A stretch of DNA of 64,000 nt from the human T2T-CHM13v2.0 reference genome, Homo sapiens: the NCBI RefSeq assembly GCF_009914755.1, contig NC_060927.1. The stretch is one strand, 5' to 3'. The notes below the pieces were generated by a model that did no database searches, was not told the DNA's origin, and saw nothing but the letters and a program-made list of their open reading frames with translations. Below are positions 1 through 20,456 of the stretch, piece after piece (positions within the stretch are counted from its first letter, which is position 1; each line of letters begins with the position of its first letter). The position numbers and the translations under genes are program-made.

Positions 1-134
1 AATCCAAAGGAATGATTTTTTTTAGCATATGGCATAAACATTTATAAATAATTAAAAAGCCAAGACTATTCACAGTTCACTGAAAGCTACTTTGAGAACG
101 TAGCACTAAAACATGTTCTTGCCGAAGGGAGTCA

Positions 135-500
135 TGCTGTATTAACAAAACTCCAGTGTCGTGGCTTACAGCAGCAATCATTTCCTGCTCATGTTGCATA
201 TTGACAGATATGGGTCATCTGCAAGTCTGCTCTACATGTCTTCATTCCAGTACCCAAACTGAAGGAGCAGCCCTATCCAGGACAGGCTTTACTCCTGGTG
301 GAGGGAAAAGCAAGAGAGTGGAAACCCCTTGCTCAGACATGACAATCATCCAGTCTGCTCACATGTCATTAACCAGAGAAGTCACATGACCACTCTTAAT
401 GTCAGAGGGGGTGGAGATGCCTCTTCCTCCCAAAGGGACCCCTCACTGCAAGGAATAAGAAGCGTGAATACTTGGGAACAAGAATAAGTCTACTACAATG
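135..500. mobile_element. Old MaLR LTR remnant (MLT1J/K-like)
   Basis: Degenerate motifs cagtg..ggctta, ctgaaggagcagcc, cacatgtcatt..ccagagaagtcacatg; similar relics near 9590-9990 and 27700-28060. Confidence 0.45.
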
Positions 501-728
501 TTTCACTCAGCTTTAGACTAAAATCTTTCAAATTACAGCTGATAAATATAGGCTTGTCTACAAAGCATTATTCTAGTTTTCTCCTTATATGATCTACAGT
601 ATATATTAAAGTATATTTTGAAAATTACATAAATTGGCTTACATATGAGTTAAGATTACCTTGGAAACAATACATGTGAAGAGGTTAGGTTTGTTGCAAA
701 TGCCTTGCAAAAATTTTAGTTTATATAT

Positions 729-1175
729 ATGATGGTTGATTTTATGTGTCAAGTTGACTGGGCAGTAGATGCCCAGAATTACACATTGTTTACAGGTGTG
801 TCTTTGAAGATGGTTCTGGATGAGATTAGCATTTGAATCTGTGGACTCAGTAAAGTAGATTGCCCTCCACAGTGTGGGCAGGCATCATCCAATCCCTTGA
901 TGGCTTGAATGGAACAAAAGACAGAGGAAGGAGGAATTTGCCCCCTTGTTCCTGCCTCACTACTTAAGCTAGACATCTCATCTCCTACCCTCAGACTGGG
1001 ATTTACACCATTGGCTCCCCTGGTTCTCAGTCCTTTGGACAGGGACTGAATTACACTATTGGCTTTCCTGGGTCTCTAGCTTGTAGACAGCAGATTGTGG
1101 GACTTCTCAGCCTCCCTAATTCATGAGCCAATTCTTCATAATAAATCATTTATCATTAGAACCCAGACTAATACA
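729..1175 (+). mobile_element. ERVL solo LTR (MLT2-like)
   Basis: Starts tgatggttgattttatgtgtcaagttgactggg, ends gaacccagactaataca; internal gatgagattagcatttgaatc and gggacttctcagcctcc motifs. Confidence 0.8.
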
Positions 1176-1665
1176 GTGCAGCCGTAGAGGAGATAAAGAA
1201 GACCCTGGAAACACTAAGAAGAATGAAGTTACAGAAAAAGTGAAGAATCTGTTCACTCCTTTGGAGCTTCCTGTACTTATTTTAATTTGGTTTATTTATA
1301 CATTATTCTAAATCTATAACATATGGCATAAACACATAAATAATGATGTTAAAACCTGAGAAAATTCACAGTTCACTAGAAGCTATCTTGAGAATGTTGC
1401 ACTGAAACCCATTACTGTTCTGGGCGGGGAGTTCAGTTATGTCAATTTCTTAAGATAAAGGACAGAGCAGCCTCTCTGCAGAGAGCCCACCTGCTGGTGG
1501 TCTCAAGGCCTTGCTGATTTTGGTGCTTTCCAAGTAGAGGAGAGAACAGGGCTGGGCACTTACTCCAAGACGGCTTCCTCATCACCTCACTGCCCATGGA
1601 TTTCCCAGCCAGCTTGGCGAGGTATTGTGGTAGAGTGGCTAAAATGTTCCCTGAAAGGTAGTGTT

Positions 1666-7879
<6,214 letters not shown>

Positions 7880-8874
7880 TGTTGTGTTTTTTCCTGAAAG
7901 GTAGTGTTAAGAACTCATTTTTAATGTAGTGAGGCTTCCAGGGAAGAGCCATACTTGGAAATCTGAGTCCGTAAATATGACTGTGGAAGGAGGTGTCCTA
8001 CCCCAGATTTGAAGATGGAAAAGCAGAGAGAAGTTGTGTTTGGTGTTACTGGAGATTCCTGCTTTCTCCTGGTCCTCACTTCTTGAGGATATCCTGCAGT
8101 CACTTTTTCAAGGTAACCTCACCCCTGAGCCAGGTGTAGGCACACTCCTGATATGCTGACAGTGGCCAATAGTTTGAGGAAGACCTGACCCTGCTTCTGA
8201 CTTACAACATAGAGGACTCATTGTGTTAGTGAGGGGAATGAGACTGATGAAGAAAGGCAGGTGCCTCAGTGCCCAGGACAGGGGCCACATGGCAAAGACC
8301 AGTAACAGGAGTTGCCTGGGTTGTGCATCACAAAGGAGCCATTGGCTGTGCCAGCACCTTTGGCAAGAAGAGTTTGTGATCCACCCTGAGAACCTGCTAG
8401 ATGAAGGATAGACCTCCAGGGAGGGTTTCATATCATAAACTGTTCATATTAGGGCTTGAGGGGAGGTGAGAGGAATTGTCCATACCTTCTCCACAGTTCT
8501 ACCTTGGGCTGGAGGCCTGAGAAATGCCTGCCCTCTGTACCTCCACAGACTGTTCTTCATCCTAGCATGGGCCCTGGATGCTGGGGAAGAATGACCTGAT
8601 GGGGAGATGGAGATGGGATTTTTAGCATGAATTTGAACCAGAAACTGTCAGCAAATCTTAACCAGATCACTTGGGTGTCATGAAACATAGAAATGAGAGG
8701 GACCCACCACTTGAACAGATATGGTATGGTGCACTTGAGATAATAGATGGAGAACTGTGTTGAGCTTTTTAGAAGAAAGATTTCATATAAACTTTATTGC
8801 CTGTTACCTTATTATTTGTTGGATTTCATTTTCATATACTTCAAAGGAATGGATATTAGCCAAACATAGGATAA

Positions 8875-9222
<348 letters not shown>

Positions 9223-10589
9223 AATTATAATTTTTCAATAGATATTTAGCAAATAGCTTGATACCTGGTTTGTTGCATAGAATTTATTGTTCCATTACCA
9301 CAGTGCCAGCTAATTACTTCTCATAACTGCTTTCTAACATATTGTATGCCTTATTCTTAAAGTATCTACTGATGAGTTACTAATTTATATATTTATAGAG
9401 GCCTATCAATGTATTATTTGTAATTCATCTTCTGCTTGTCTAGTCTAGGTGTCATCAGGTGAGTTTCTTTGGAATGTTTTACTTACTCCAAAGTTACAGC
9501 ACCAAGTCTTCTGGTGGGCTCCTTAGCTCACTATTGCAAATCCTAAACCTGTTGTCTCTTTGACTTCCTAGAATCAATAGCTATAGAAACCAAGTGATCA
9601 ACTTAAGACACTCTTAATTGCAAATAACAGAAGCAGATTAAACAGTAGAGAAAATTTATTACCTTGCCTAACATGAAGTCTCCAAAGTGAGTTGTTCTAG
9701 AGCTGGTTAACTTGGGTGGCTGAGCAGTATTCTCTGGGGTTCTAGTTCTTTCTCTTTATTCCACCATTCTCAGTGTGTTTGGCTTTTGTAGTCAGACTTG
9801 TCCTCTTGTGGTTGCCAGAATGGCTGTAACACGACCACGTATCCCGCCTTCACACAACAGTAACCAAACTCCAGAAAAGGTAAAAGGGACATATGGCATG
9901 TCACTCCCCCCTTTTTTTGTCTTTTATAAGAGTAGGGAAGTATTTCCTACAAGATTCCAGCAGACTTCCCTTGTGTCTCATTGATGTTAGAAAAATTTCA
10001 AAAAACATGGAAGAGACAAAAGATATTAGTGGATATTTTTCCACTGCAGTGCTGGACTTAACTTTCTATTATCTGGGCTACTTCCTAACTCTGTGGAGGC
10101 AGAGGCACACTTGAATATTTTTGTCCAGCAGAGATGCAAATAATTTCTGTCCAGTAGAACAGATATCCCTGGTGATGATGGTTTATGGCCTTGTTGGGCA
10201 TTAACCAGTTTTGTATCTAACTCAGCAATCATATCCCCCTGCCACATTCACCCCCTACACCCCCCACTTCCTTTACCTAACAGGTCTGAGGAGGGCTGAG
10301 CCTCCCCAGAGGCTCATGGGGTTCTGGTGTCAAGGGAGAAGAGGAGGAGAATGGTTATTGGGTAGGCATTTCACAGTTCCTGCCACACCAAGAGAACCCC
10401 AAGAGTAGGCATAGAGAAAGCCAGGTTTCATTTAACACAGTTAGTAAATACTGTTGTTCTCTTTTTAAATCAGTTAAGAAGTCAGCAACATACTCATGTA
10501 CAGCATAGGTCTAGGTATCGTGGGAATGTAAGAAGGCAGTAGAAAATAGTTATTAAATAGCAAAGTTTTTATAGATAAACAGACCTATG

Positions 10590-11760
10590 TGAGAATAGTG
10601 GTTTATAGAGTCAAAGAGACCTCAGTTTGAACCAATAGGCTATACAACATTGGGCAAGTTATTTGGCCTTTCTAGGCCTTGATTTCCTCATCTCCAGATT
10701 GGGCATAACAGTAAAAAAATAGTAGTATAGTGCTTAGGATTATAGCATCTGGGGTTATGGACCTCAAGATGAAGTGGCCTAGTGTTGCATTGTCTAGTTT
10801 TGCTCTTCTCTTTTCTCTCTATTCTTAGAAACATACTTATTCCTCTCTAATCCACTAAAGGGTTAAAGAGGCTAAAGATTATTTGAATTAGGGGAAATTC
10901 TCACTATCATATCCAATTCTTCACTTTATATGCTGATGTTATAGGCCCGGTTGAGTTTCTGCCCATTTGTGTCCTATAAAGTAAACTATATGATCTTTAT
11001 GAGTGACTTTTCTTTAAAATGTTGTTAGTCAGAATTTGCTTAGTCAGAATAAAGCTGGATGGTTGAGGCCTGAACACTTTACAAAGGTAACATTATTACA
11101 CTTGTACTATCATTAATTCTAATGGTAAAAATTATTTTTATAATTGATATTTCTGGTTTTAATTAATAATAGTAATATTAATTTGGTGGGCATGTAACTG
11201 AGAGTGATCATTTACTGAGAGAGATATTTCCTTATGACCAGGTGAATGTCTTTATTGGTAATTATTTACAATTATAAATAATTCTTTAGTAAAGTGACAG
11301 TGGTTAGGTTTCCCTTCTGCCATCTCTTACAGTTGCTGATGTACTTAAAAAAAACTCTCTAACCTGAGTGTAAGCATTATGAGATACATAGCCTTGTCTT
11401 ATGAATCTTTGTATCTGTCACATTATGTAGTACAGCACATAACATCTAGTTGGCACTCAATAATTGTTTTTTGGATTAATGAATGAGTCCCACTAGATAG
11501 TATTCATCTTTGTACCAAGGATAGTGTTTTAAAAACCAACATGCATTTATTGAGCATCTCCTGTGAGTGAAGAACTGTGAAGAGGAAGAGATGATATTAA
11601 TAGAAATGTGGCTCAAGCATTTGCTAAGGCTGCCAGAAGCATTGGTAGGGCCAGATCTTGAAATCTCTAGCAGGCCACATATAGAACTGTAGACTCTATT
11701 CTGGAAGCAGTGCAGAGCCATTGAAGGACTTAAGTTGGTGTTTAAAGGACAGATTTTCAT
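10590..11760. mobile_element. MIR (about 10590-10760) and L2 fragments (about 11380-11760)
   Basis: ttgggcaagttatt...tttcctcatct MIR core; gcactcaataa and catgcatttattgagcatct L2 3' motifs. Confidence 0.55.
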
Positions 11761-12626
11761 TTTCTAAAGCCACAACCCCATTTCTGACCTAAGGCTCAAG
11801 AATACTGCTCCCAGACTGGGTTCTCCTATTTAAGCAGGAGGACAGATACACTGCAGTCAATTTCTTCTTAAAGACTTTGACTCCAATTGTGTCCTTCTTT
11901 TCTATTATTTTTATTCAGGATTTCAGTTCTACTTCCTTTATGTACCCCACAAATTATTAATTAGTGCTACCATTATTATTGGTTTACAAGCCAAAACTAG
12001 TTTAGATTTCCCCACTTTTATCAATCTCTTGGTTCACCACTTCTTCTTCCACCCCATGTCTTCCTTCTGTGGTCATTTTTTTTCCTCCCCAAAACAAATC
12101 CTTAAGTTACGTGAATGATAAACACTCAGTTTCTTTGTTTGTTTGTTTGAAAATGTTTTTATTTTTTCCTCATCCTTTTATAATAGTTTAGCTACTATTT
12201 CAGCTAAAAATGTATTATTATTTAGCTATTATTAAAAATGAAATTCCAGATTGACAGATTTTTATCTGACATTTTGAAAATGTTATCTCACTGTCTTCTG
12301 GATTCTGTTATTGATGTTAAGTCACTTTCCATGTAACAGACATTCTTATTAAGGTAATGTCTTTTCTTTCAGTTGATTCTCAACATCTTTGTCCTTGGTG
12401 TTTTCCAATATTACAGTGTTATGTCTACTTGTGGATTTTTGTTTTAAATTCTGCTTGGGATTTCTTTTGCTTCTGAGCTTGTGAATTCATGAAAACTTCT
12501 AAATTCTGAAAATACCTCGTCATTCTCTCTTTGAATTTTGCTTCTCCCCTATTCTCCTTTTACAATGCTTAAAGATGTATGTTAGACCATCACATTCTGT
12601 TCTTCATTGCTATGCACTCCTTCTAG

Positions 12627-13017
<391 letters not shown>

Positions 13018-14768
13018 TTTCTATGTTTTTAATCTTTTTTTCTTTTTGCACCTCAGTTGAAATACTTTTCACTAACCATTATTCCAGTTTCTAAATCCTC
13101 TCTTCTGCTGTGTCTAATTTGATTTCAAACATATGCACTAAATTCTTAATTTTAGTAAAATTTTGTTTCAGTTTTAGAATTTCCATTTGATTCCTAGAAA
13201 ATATATATATGCACTCCTAGTGCATATAAAAATATATATATATTTTCTATATAGAAAATATATAGAATCTAGCTCTCTATTGAAATTCTCCATTGTGTCA
13301 GTTATTTTCTTGAGCAATAATCACAGTTATTTTCAAATCCTTGTCCAATAATTTCAATAGGTGGATCACTTGTGTATTTATTTCTATATCTCTTTTTTTC
13401 TTTTGGTTTTTAATCATTTGATCTTATCTTTTGGTATGCCTGGTAGTTTTTGAGTGAATGCTGAACAATATATGTGAAATATTGAGAGATGTTAGATGAT
13501 ATTACTTTTCTCTGCCTGACAGTTATATTTAGGGCAGATCACCTTGATCTAATGAGGAACTGAAATAGTTTAACTGTAGGCTGTAGGCTTTTGGAGGGTT
13601 GGTCTATTTTCAGTTTGCCTTTATTTCTATGAAGAAGTTTTTCAGAGCTTTCAGCTGAAGGGTTTAGTTTTTTACTAAGATACCTCTTCCTTTGTGGACC
13701 CTGAAATCCAAGTTTATTGAATCTACTCAAAGCTCTGATTAAAAATTTAAAATAAACTTTATTTTTTAAAGCAGTTTTAGGTTCACAGCAAAATTGAGTG
13801 GAAGGTACAGAGATTTCCCTTATACCCCCTGCTCCCACACATGCATTGCCTCCCCTGTTATCAGCATTGCTACCAGTCATACATTTGTTATAACAGATGA
13901 ACCTACATTGACAGATCATTATCATCAAAGTCTATAGTTTACATTAGGGTTCATTCTTAGTGCTATACATTCTTTGAGTTTGGGCACATGTATGACATGT
14001 ACCCATCATTTTAGTATCATAAAGTTGTTGCATGGCCCTAAAAATTCTCTGTGCTCTCCTTACTCATTCTTCCCTCCCTCTTAAACCCTGGCAACCACTT
14101 ATCTTTTTGTTGTCTCCATAGTTTAACATTTTCCAGATTGTCATATAGCTGGAATCATATATAGATTTCTCAGGCTGACTTCTTTCACTTAGTAGTATGC
14201 ATTTAAGTTTCTTCCATGTCTTTTCATGCCTTAATAGCTCATATCTTCTTAGCACTAAATAATATTCTATTGTGTGAATGTACCATGGTTTATTTAACCA
14301 TTCCGCTACTGAAGGACACTTTTGTTGCTTTCAAGTTTTGGCAATTATGAATAAAGCTGCTATAAACACCATTGTGCAGGTTTTTGTGTGGACATAGTTT
14401 TTAATTCATTTGAATAAATACCAAGGAACATGATTGCTGGATTATGTGATAAGCATTTGTATCATTTTGTAAGAAACTGCCAAACTGTCTTCCAAAGTGG
14501 CTGAACCATTTTGTATTCCCACTAGCAGCGAATGAGAGTTTCTGTTACTCCACATCCTTGTGAGCATTTGGTGTTGTCAGTGTCTCGATTTGGGCCGTTC
14601 TAATAGGTGTGTAGTGGTACTTCATTGTTGTTTTAATTTTCATTTCTCTGATGACATATGATGTAAAACATCTTTTCAGGTTTATTTGCCTTTTGTATAT
14701 CATCTTTGGTTAGGTGTCTGTTAAGGTCTTTGGCCCATTTTAAAACCAGATTATTTTCTTATTGTTGA

Positions 14769-15106
<338 letters not shown>

Positions 15107-16414
15107 AACAGTCTATCAGATACGTCTTTTGCAAATATTTTCTCCCAGTCTGTGGCTTATCTTTTTATTCCTTGACAGTGTTTTCTTACAGAGCAGAAAT
15201 TTTTTATTTTAATAAAGTCTAGCTTCTCAATTCTTTCATGGATTGTGACTTTGGTGTTATATTTAAAAAGTTATCACCAAACTTAAAATCATCTAGATTT
15301 TATCACATATTATTTTCTAGCAGTTTTATAGTTTTATATTTTTTAGGCCTATGATTTATTTTTGAGTTAATTTTTGCAAAGGCTGTAAGGTCTGTGTCTA
15401 GATTCATCTATTGTATATGAATGCCCAGTTGTTCCAGCACCATTTGTTGAAACGACTGTGTTCCATTGCATTGCCTTTGCTTCTTTGTCAAAGATCAGTT
15501 GACTGTATTCACGCAGTTTTATTTCTGGGCTCTCTATTCTGTTTTATTGATTTTTTTTCTCTCCAATACTGTACTGTCTTAATTACTGTACTTTATAGAA
15601 AGTCTTGACATCAGGTAGTATCAGTCCTCCAACATTGTTGTTCTCCTTCAAAAGACCCAATATTATGGATCTTTTGCCTTTCCATACAAATTTTAGAATC
15701 TGTTTATCAATGTCTACAAAATAACTTCCTGGGATTTTGATTGGGGTTACATTGCATCTATTGATCAATTTGGAAAGAATCCATATCTTGACAATATTGA
15801 GTCTACCTATCCATGAACATGGATTATTTTTCCATTTATTTAGTTCTTCTTTGATTTTTTTTCATTACAGTTGTGTAGCTTTCCTCATATAGATCTTGTA
15901 CATATTTTATTAGATTTATACCTAAGTGTTTCATTTCAGGGGTACTAATGTAAATATAGTTTGATATAAATGTCAAATTCTACTTGTTCATTGCTGGTAT
16001 ATAGGAAAGCAATTGATTTTTGTGTATCAACCTTGTATTCTGCAACATTGCAGAATTAATTACTTGTTAATTCCAGGAGGTTTTTTTAATTGATTCTTTT
16101 GGATTTTCTACTTAGCTGATCATGTCATCTGTAAACAGAGAGTTTGTTTTTTCCTTTCCCATCTCTATTCCTTTTACACTTCCTTTTCTTGTTTTACTTA
16201 ATTTGGTAGGACTTTCAGTATAATGTTGAAAATAAATGATTAGAGGGGACATTTTTCCCTTGTTCCTGATATCAGCAGAAAAACTTCAGGGTTCTCATTG
16301 TAAAGTGTGATGTTAGCTGTAGGTTTGTTATAAATATTCCTGTTTCTAGTTTATCAGAGTTATTGTCATGAATGGGTATTGGATTTTGTCAATTGCTTTT
16401 TCTGCATCTATTGA

Positions 16415-16876
<462 letters not shown>

Positions 16877-18497
16877 TAATATTTCAGTGAGGATTTTTTC
16901 ATCTACATTTATCAGAGATACTGGTTTTTAGTTTTCTTTTCTTGTAATGTCTTTGTTTGGTTTTAATGTTAGGATGATGCTGACATCTTAAAATGAGTTA
17001 GGGAGTATTTCCTCTGCTTTTATTTTCTGAAAGAGATTATAGATATTTGGTGCAATTTCTTCCTTAAATATTTGGTAGAATTCGCCAGTGAACCCATCTG
17101 GGCCCAGTGTTTTTTATTTGGAAACTTACTAATTATTGATTGAATGTATTTACTGAAGATGGGCCTATTTGATTGTCTACTTCTTGTATGATTTTTGGCA
17201 GCTTGTGTCTTTGAAGGAATTGGTTCTTTTAATCTAGGTTATCAAATTTGTGGTTATAGATTGTTAATAGTATTGCTTTTTTATTCTTTTAATGTCCACG
17301 GAATCTGTAGTGACGCCCTCTCTTTCATTTTTGATTTTAATAGTTTTTGTCTTCTATCTTTTTATTTTACTTAGGCTGGCTAGAGGCTAGTTGATTTTAT
17401 TGATCTTTTCAAAGAACCAGTTTTATTTTTGTTGATATTCTCTATTGGTTTCTTGTTTTCAATTTTATTATTTCTGCTGTAATATTTCTCCTTACTTTTG
17501 GTTTAATTTGCTTTTCTTTTCTAGTTTTCTATGGTGGAAGCTTAGATAACTGATTTTAGATCTTTCTTTTTTTCTAATATATATATTCAGTGCTGTAAAT
17601 TTCCCTCTAAGCACTGCTTTTGCTATATCACACAAATTTTGATAAAGTGTGTTTTCATTTTCATTTAGTTCAAAATATTTTAAAATTTCTCTTGAGATTT
17701 CTTCTTCATTGTTTAGAAGTGTGTGGTTTTATATTCACATATTTTGGGATTTTCCAGTTATCTTTCTGTTATTAATTTCTAGTTTGATTCCATTTTGATG
17801 TGAGAGCAGAAATGGTATGATTTCTCTTCTTTCAAATTTGTTAATGTTTTATGGCCTAGAATGACTTTCAGTTTCTTTTTGAATAATTCGCAGGGATTTT
17901 TTTTCATTTTTATGTGAGCTCAACTGTGCATATATGAAGATATTTGTATACTTTATTCGGCATTTTAGTTTTTTTATGCAAAGATTTTCAAGTTTTCTAG
18001 TTCTTTATAGTTCCATAAAATAAAGGTCTTAACTGACATAATTTACATTACTGACTTATAGTCAGATTTAATAAATGTTACCTATTCTTAAATATCATCA
18101 ACAACGTTATTATTTTCACAAGTATATAAAACTTGGACATTTGGGTAATAATAGATTACAAACTGGTCTATCAATTGAGGATATGGTTACTGGATATAGT
18201 ACTATGTAGATTATGCTACAAAAACATAATAAAATATAGCCTATTGAAATAGTTGAAAGCATATCACCGTTCTCCAAACTACATGTTCCCCAACCTTTAA
18301 AATCTTTATTTTAAAACTTTTGTTTCCTCAGGGAAACTGGAAAGTATTGTGGCTTTGTAGCTTTTAAACATTGAAAGATATATCTATGGGAGTATATATT
18401 TATGTGTAAATCATGTGCAACAACATATATTATTTACATGGGGATTTAAAAATGTTATATTCTGCATGAAGTTGTATATCTTTTTTGCCTTTTGTAG

Positions 18498-18562
18498 GAG
18501 GATACTTCATCGAGACTTAAAGTCAAAGAATGTATTTCTGAAAAATAATCTCCTTAAAATTG
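18498..18562 (+). CDS. NEK11: NEK11 coding exon, 65 nt, catalytic loop (R)RILHRDLKSKNVFLKNNLLKI(G)
   Basis: ttttttgccttttgtag|G AGG ATA CTT CAT CGA GAC...ATT G|gtaag; HRDLKxxN kinase motif; phase 2 in, phase 1 out, consistent with the next exon. Confidence 0.96.
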
Positions 18563-19585
18563 GTAAGATTTTAAAAAGTATGAATTCCAAAAACGCAGAA
18601 CAGTATATTCTAGATATTATCATATCAAATTGAAGTAAATGGTACGTGGAAGTATTAGAGTAATCATTGGTTTGTTTAAATTTCTCAAATTTTTAAGTAC
18701 ATGTGCTGCTGAAATGAACACTAAATTTCTCAGGTTTCTAGATGGGCCCAACAAAACCTAATTGTTTTGTTTCTGAGTATCTGATATAAATTGAGGTGTA
18801 CAAATTTACCACATATTTGATAGATTTTTCAAATATACTTTGAGTTCCCTGTTTCATGCCAGGCACTTTACAAGTTATTAGAATCATTTTACTGGTTTGA
18901 TTAGTTACTACAGGTTTCTCATTTATATTATTTCATCACAAGCAATAAGTGGTTATAGATAATGAAAATGTTGATATAATGGCTTTATTAACCTTTAGTT
19001 CTTCAGAACTGTACCTCTCCTCATAACAGCTACTGGATCATCTAATCATCATATAGGGTGTACTTGGGGAAGGAAGGAAGGAAGGAATAAAAGCGTGCAA
19101 CTAGTTAGGCAAGTATTAAAAAGCTGATAGATTCAAATTTTTATAGTCATGTTCTTAAATAGTCTCAGATCTTTTCTTTAAAACGCTCCATTATTGTAAA
19201 TTTAAGAACAAATTCTTCTCCCCTCAGGTGAAATTGTATATCATCTTATTCAGTTTTTCCAAAATCATTCTGTTTGCCATTATTCAGACTTGAAATAGCT
19301 TTTTATATCAAATTGTCTAGTTTCCCATAATTCCAGAAATAAAGAATTTTAGCTTACATAATTCACTTTCCTGGCTCAAAGTCTTCCTTCTCCTATAAAA
19401 CTTATGTTTTTAAAACTATTTACCAGCGTTGTATAATTTAAGATATATTACTTTTCTTTCCTGTTAAAATGCTATGAACCATTGCATAATAAAATGGTCA
19501 AATTAGGCACTCATTCAGTTGTTAATTTCCAGGGCTAATTTTTCGTTGGCTTAAAGTATTCATAAAAATTAATTATTATTTCAAG

Positions 19586-19712
19586 GAGATTTTGGAGTTT
19601 CTCGACTTCTAATGGGATCCTGTGACCTGGCCACAACTTTAACTGGAACTCCCCATTATATGAGTCCTGAGGCTCTGAAACACCAAGGCTATGACACAAA
19701 GTCGGACATCTG
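19586..19712 (+). CDS. NEK11: NEK11 coding exon, 127 nt, activation segment GDFGVSRLLMGSCDLATTLTGTPHYMSPEALKHQGYDTKSDIW
   Basis: tttcaag|GA GAT TTT GGA...ATC TG|gtgagt; DFG, GTPxYMSPE and KSDIW motifs typical of NEK kinases. Confidence 0.96.
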
Positions 19713-20019
19713 GTGAGTGGGCTAGTGGGCTAGACTCTTCATCTGCTTCCCTAAAAGAATGGTACATTTTGTCTTTCAGCTCATTTACTTACTGCATACA
19801 TTCACTTTATCCCTTTGACATGAATATTTCTGTGACCAGAGTAAAAGAAGGTCTTTTGCATTTAGAACTCAATATATTTCATTAAACTAGTTTCAAAAAT
19901 TCTTTTTATTCAGTGATAATTGGTTGGTTTTGGATTTTTGGTTCCTGAATCACAAGGGAAAGTTCTTAATGTACCATAAGCATTAAATTTTAATACATTT
20001 CTGTTAACCTATTAAATAA

Positions 20020-20456
<437 letters not shown>

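Noticed and set aside
18495-18500. Tandem acceptors TAGGAG here and AAGGAG at 19583-19588
   Set aside because: The distal GAG is rarely used and nothing in the sequence supports alternative usage
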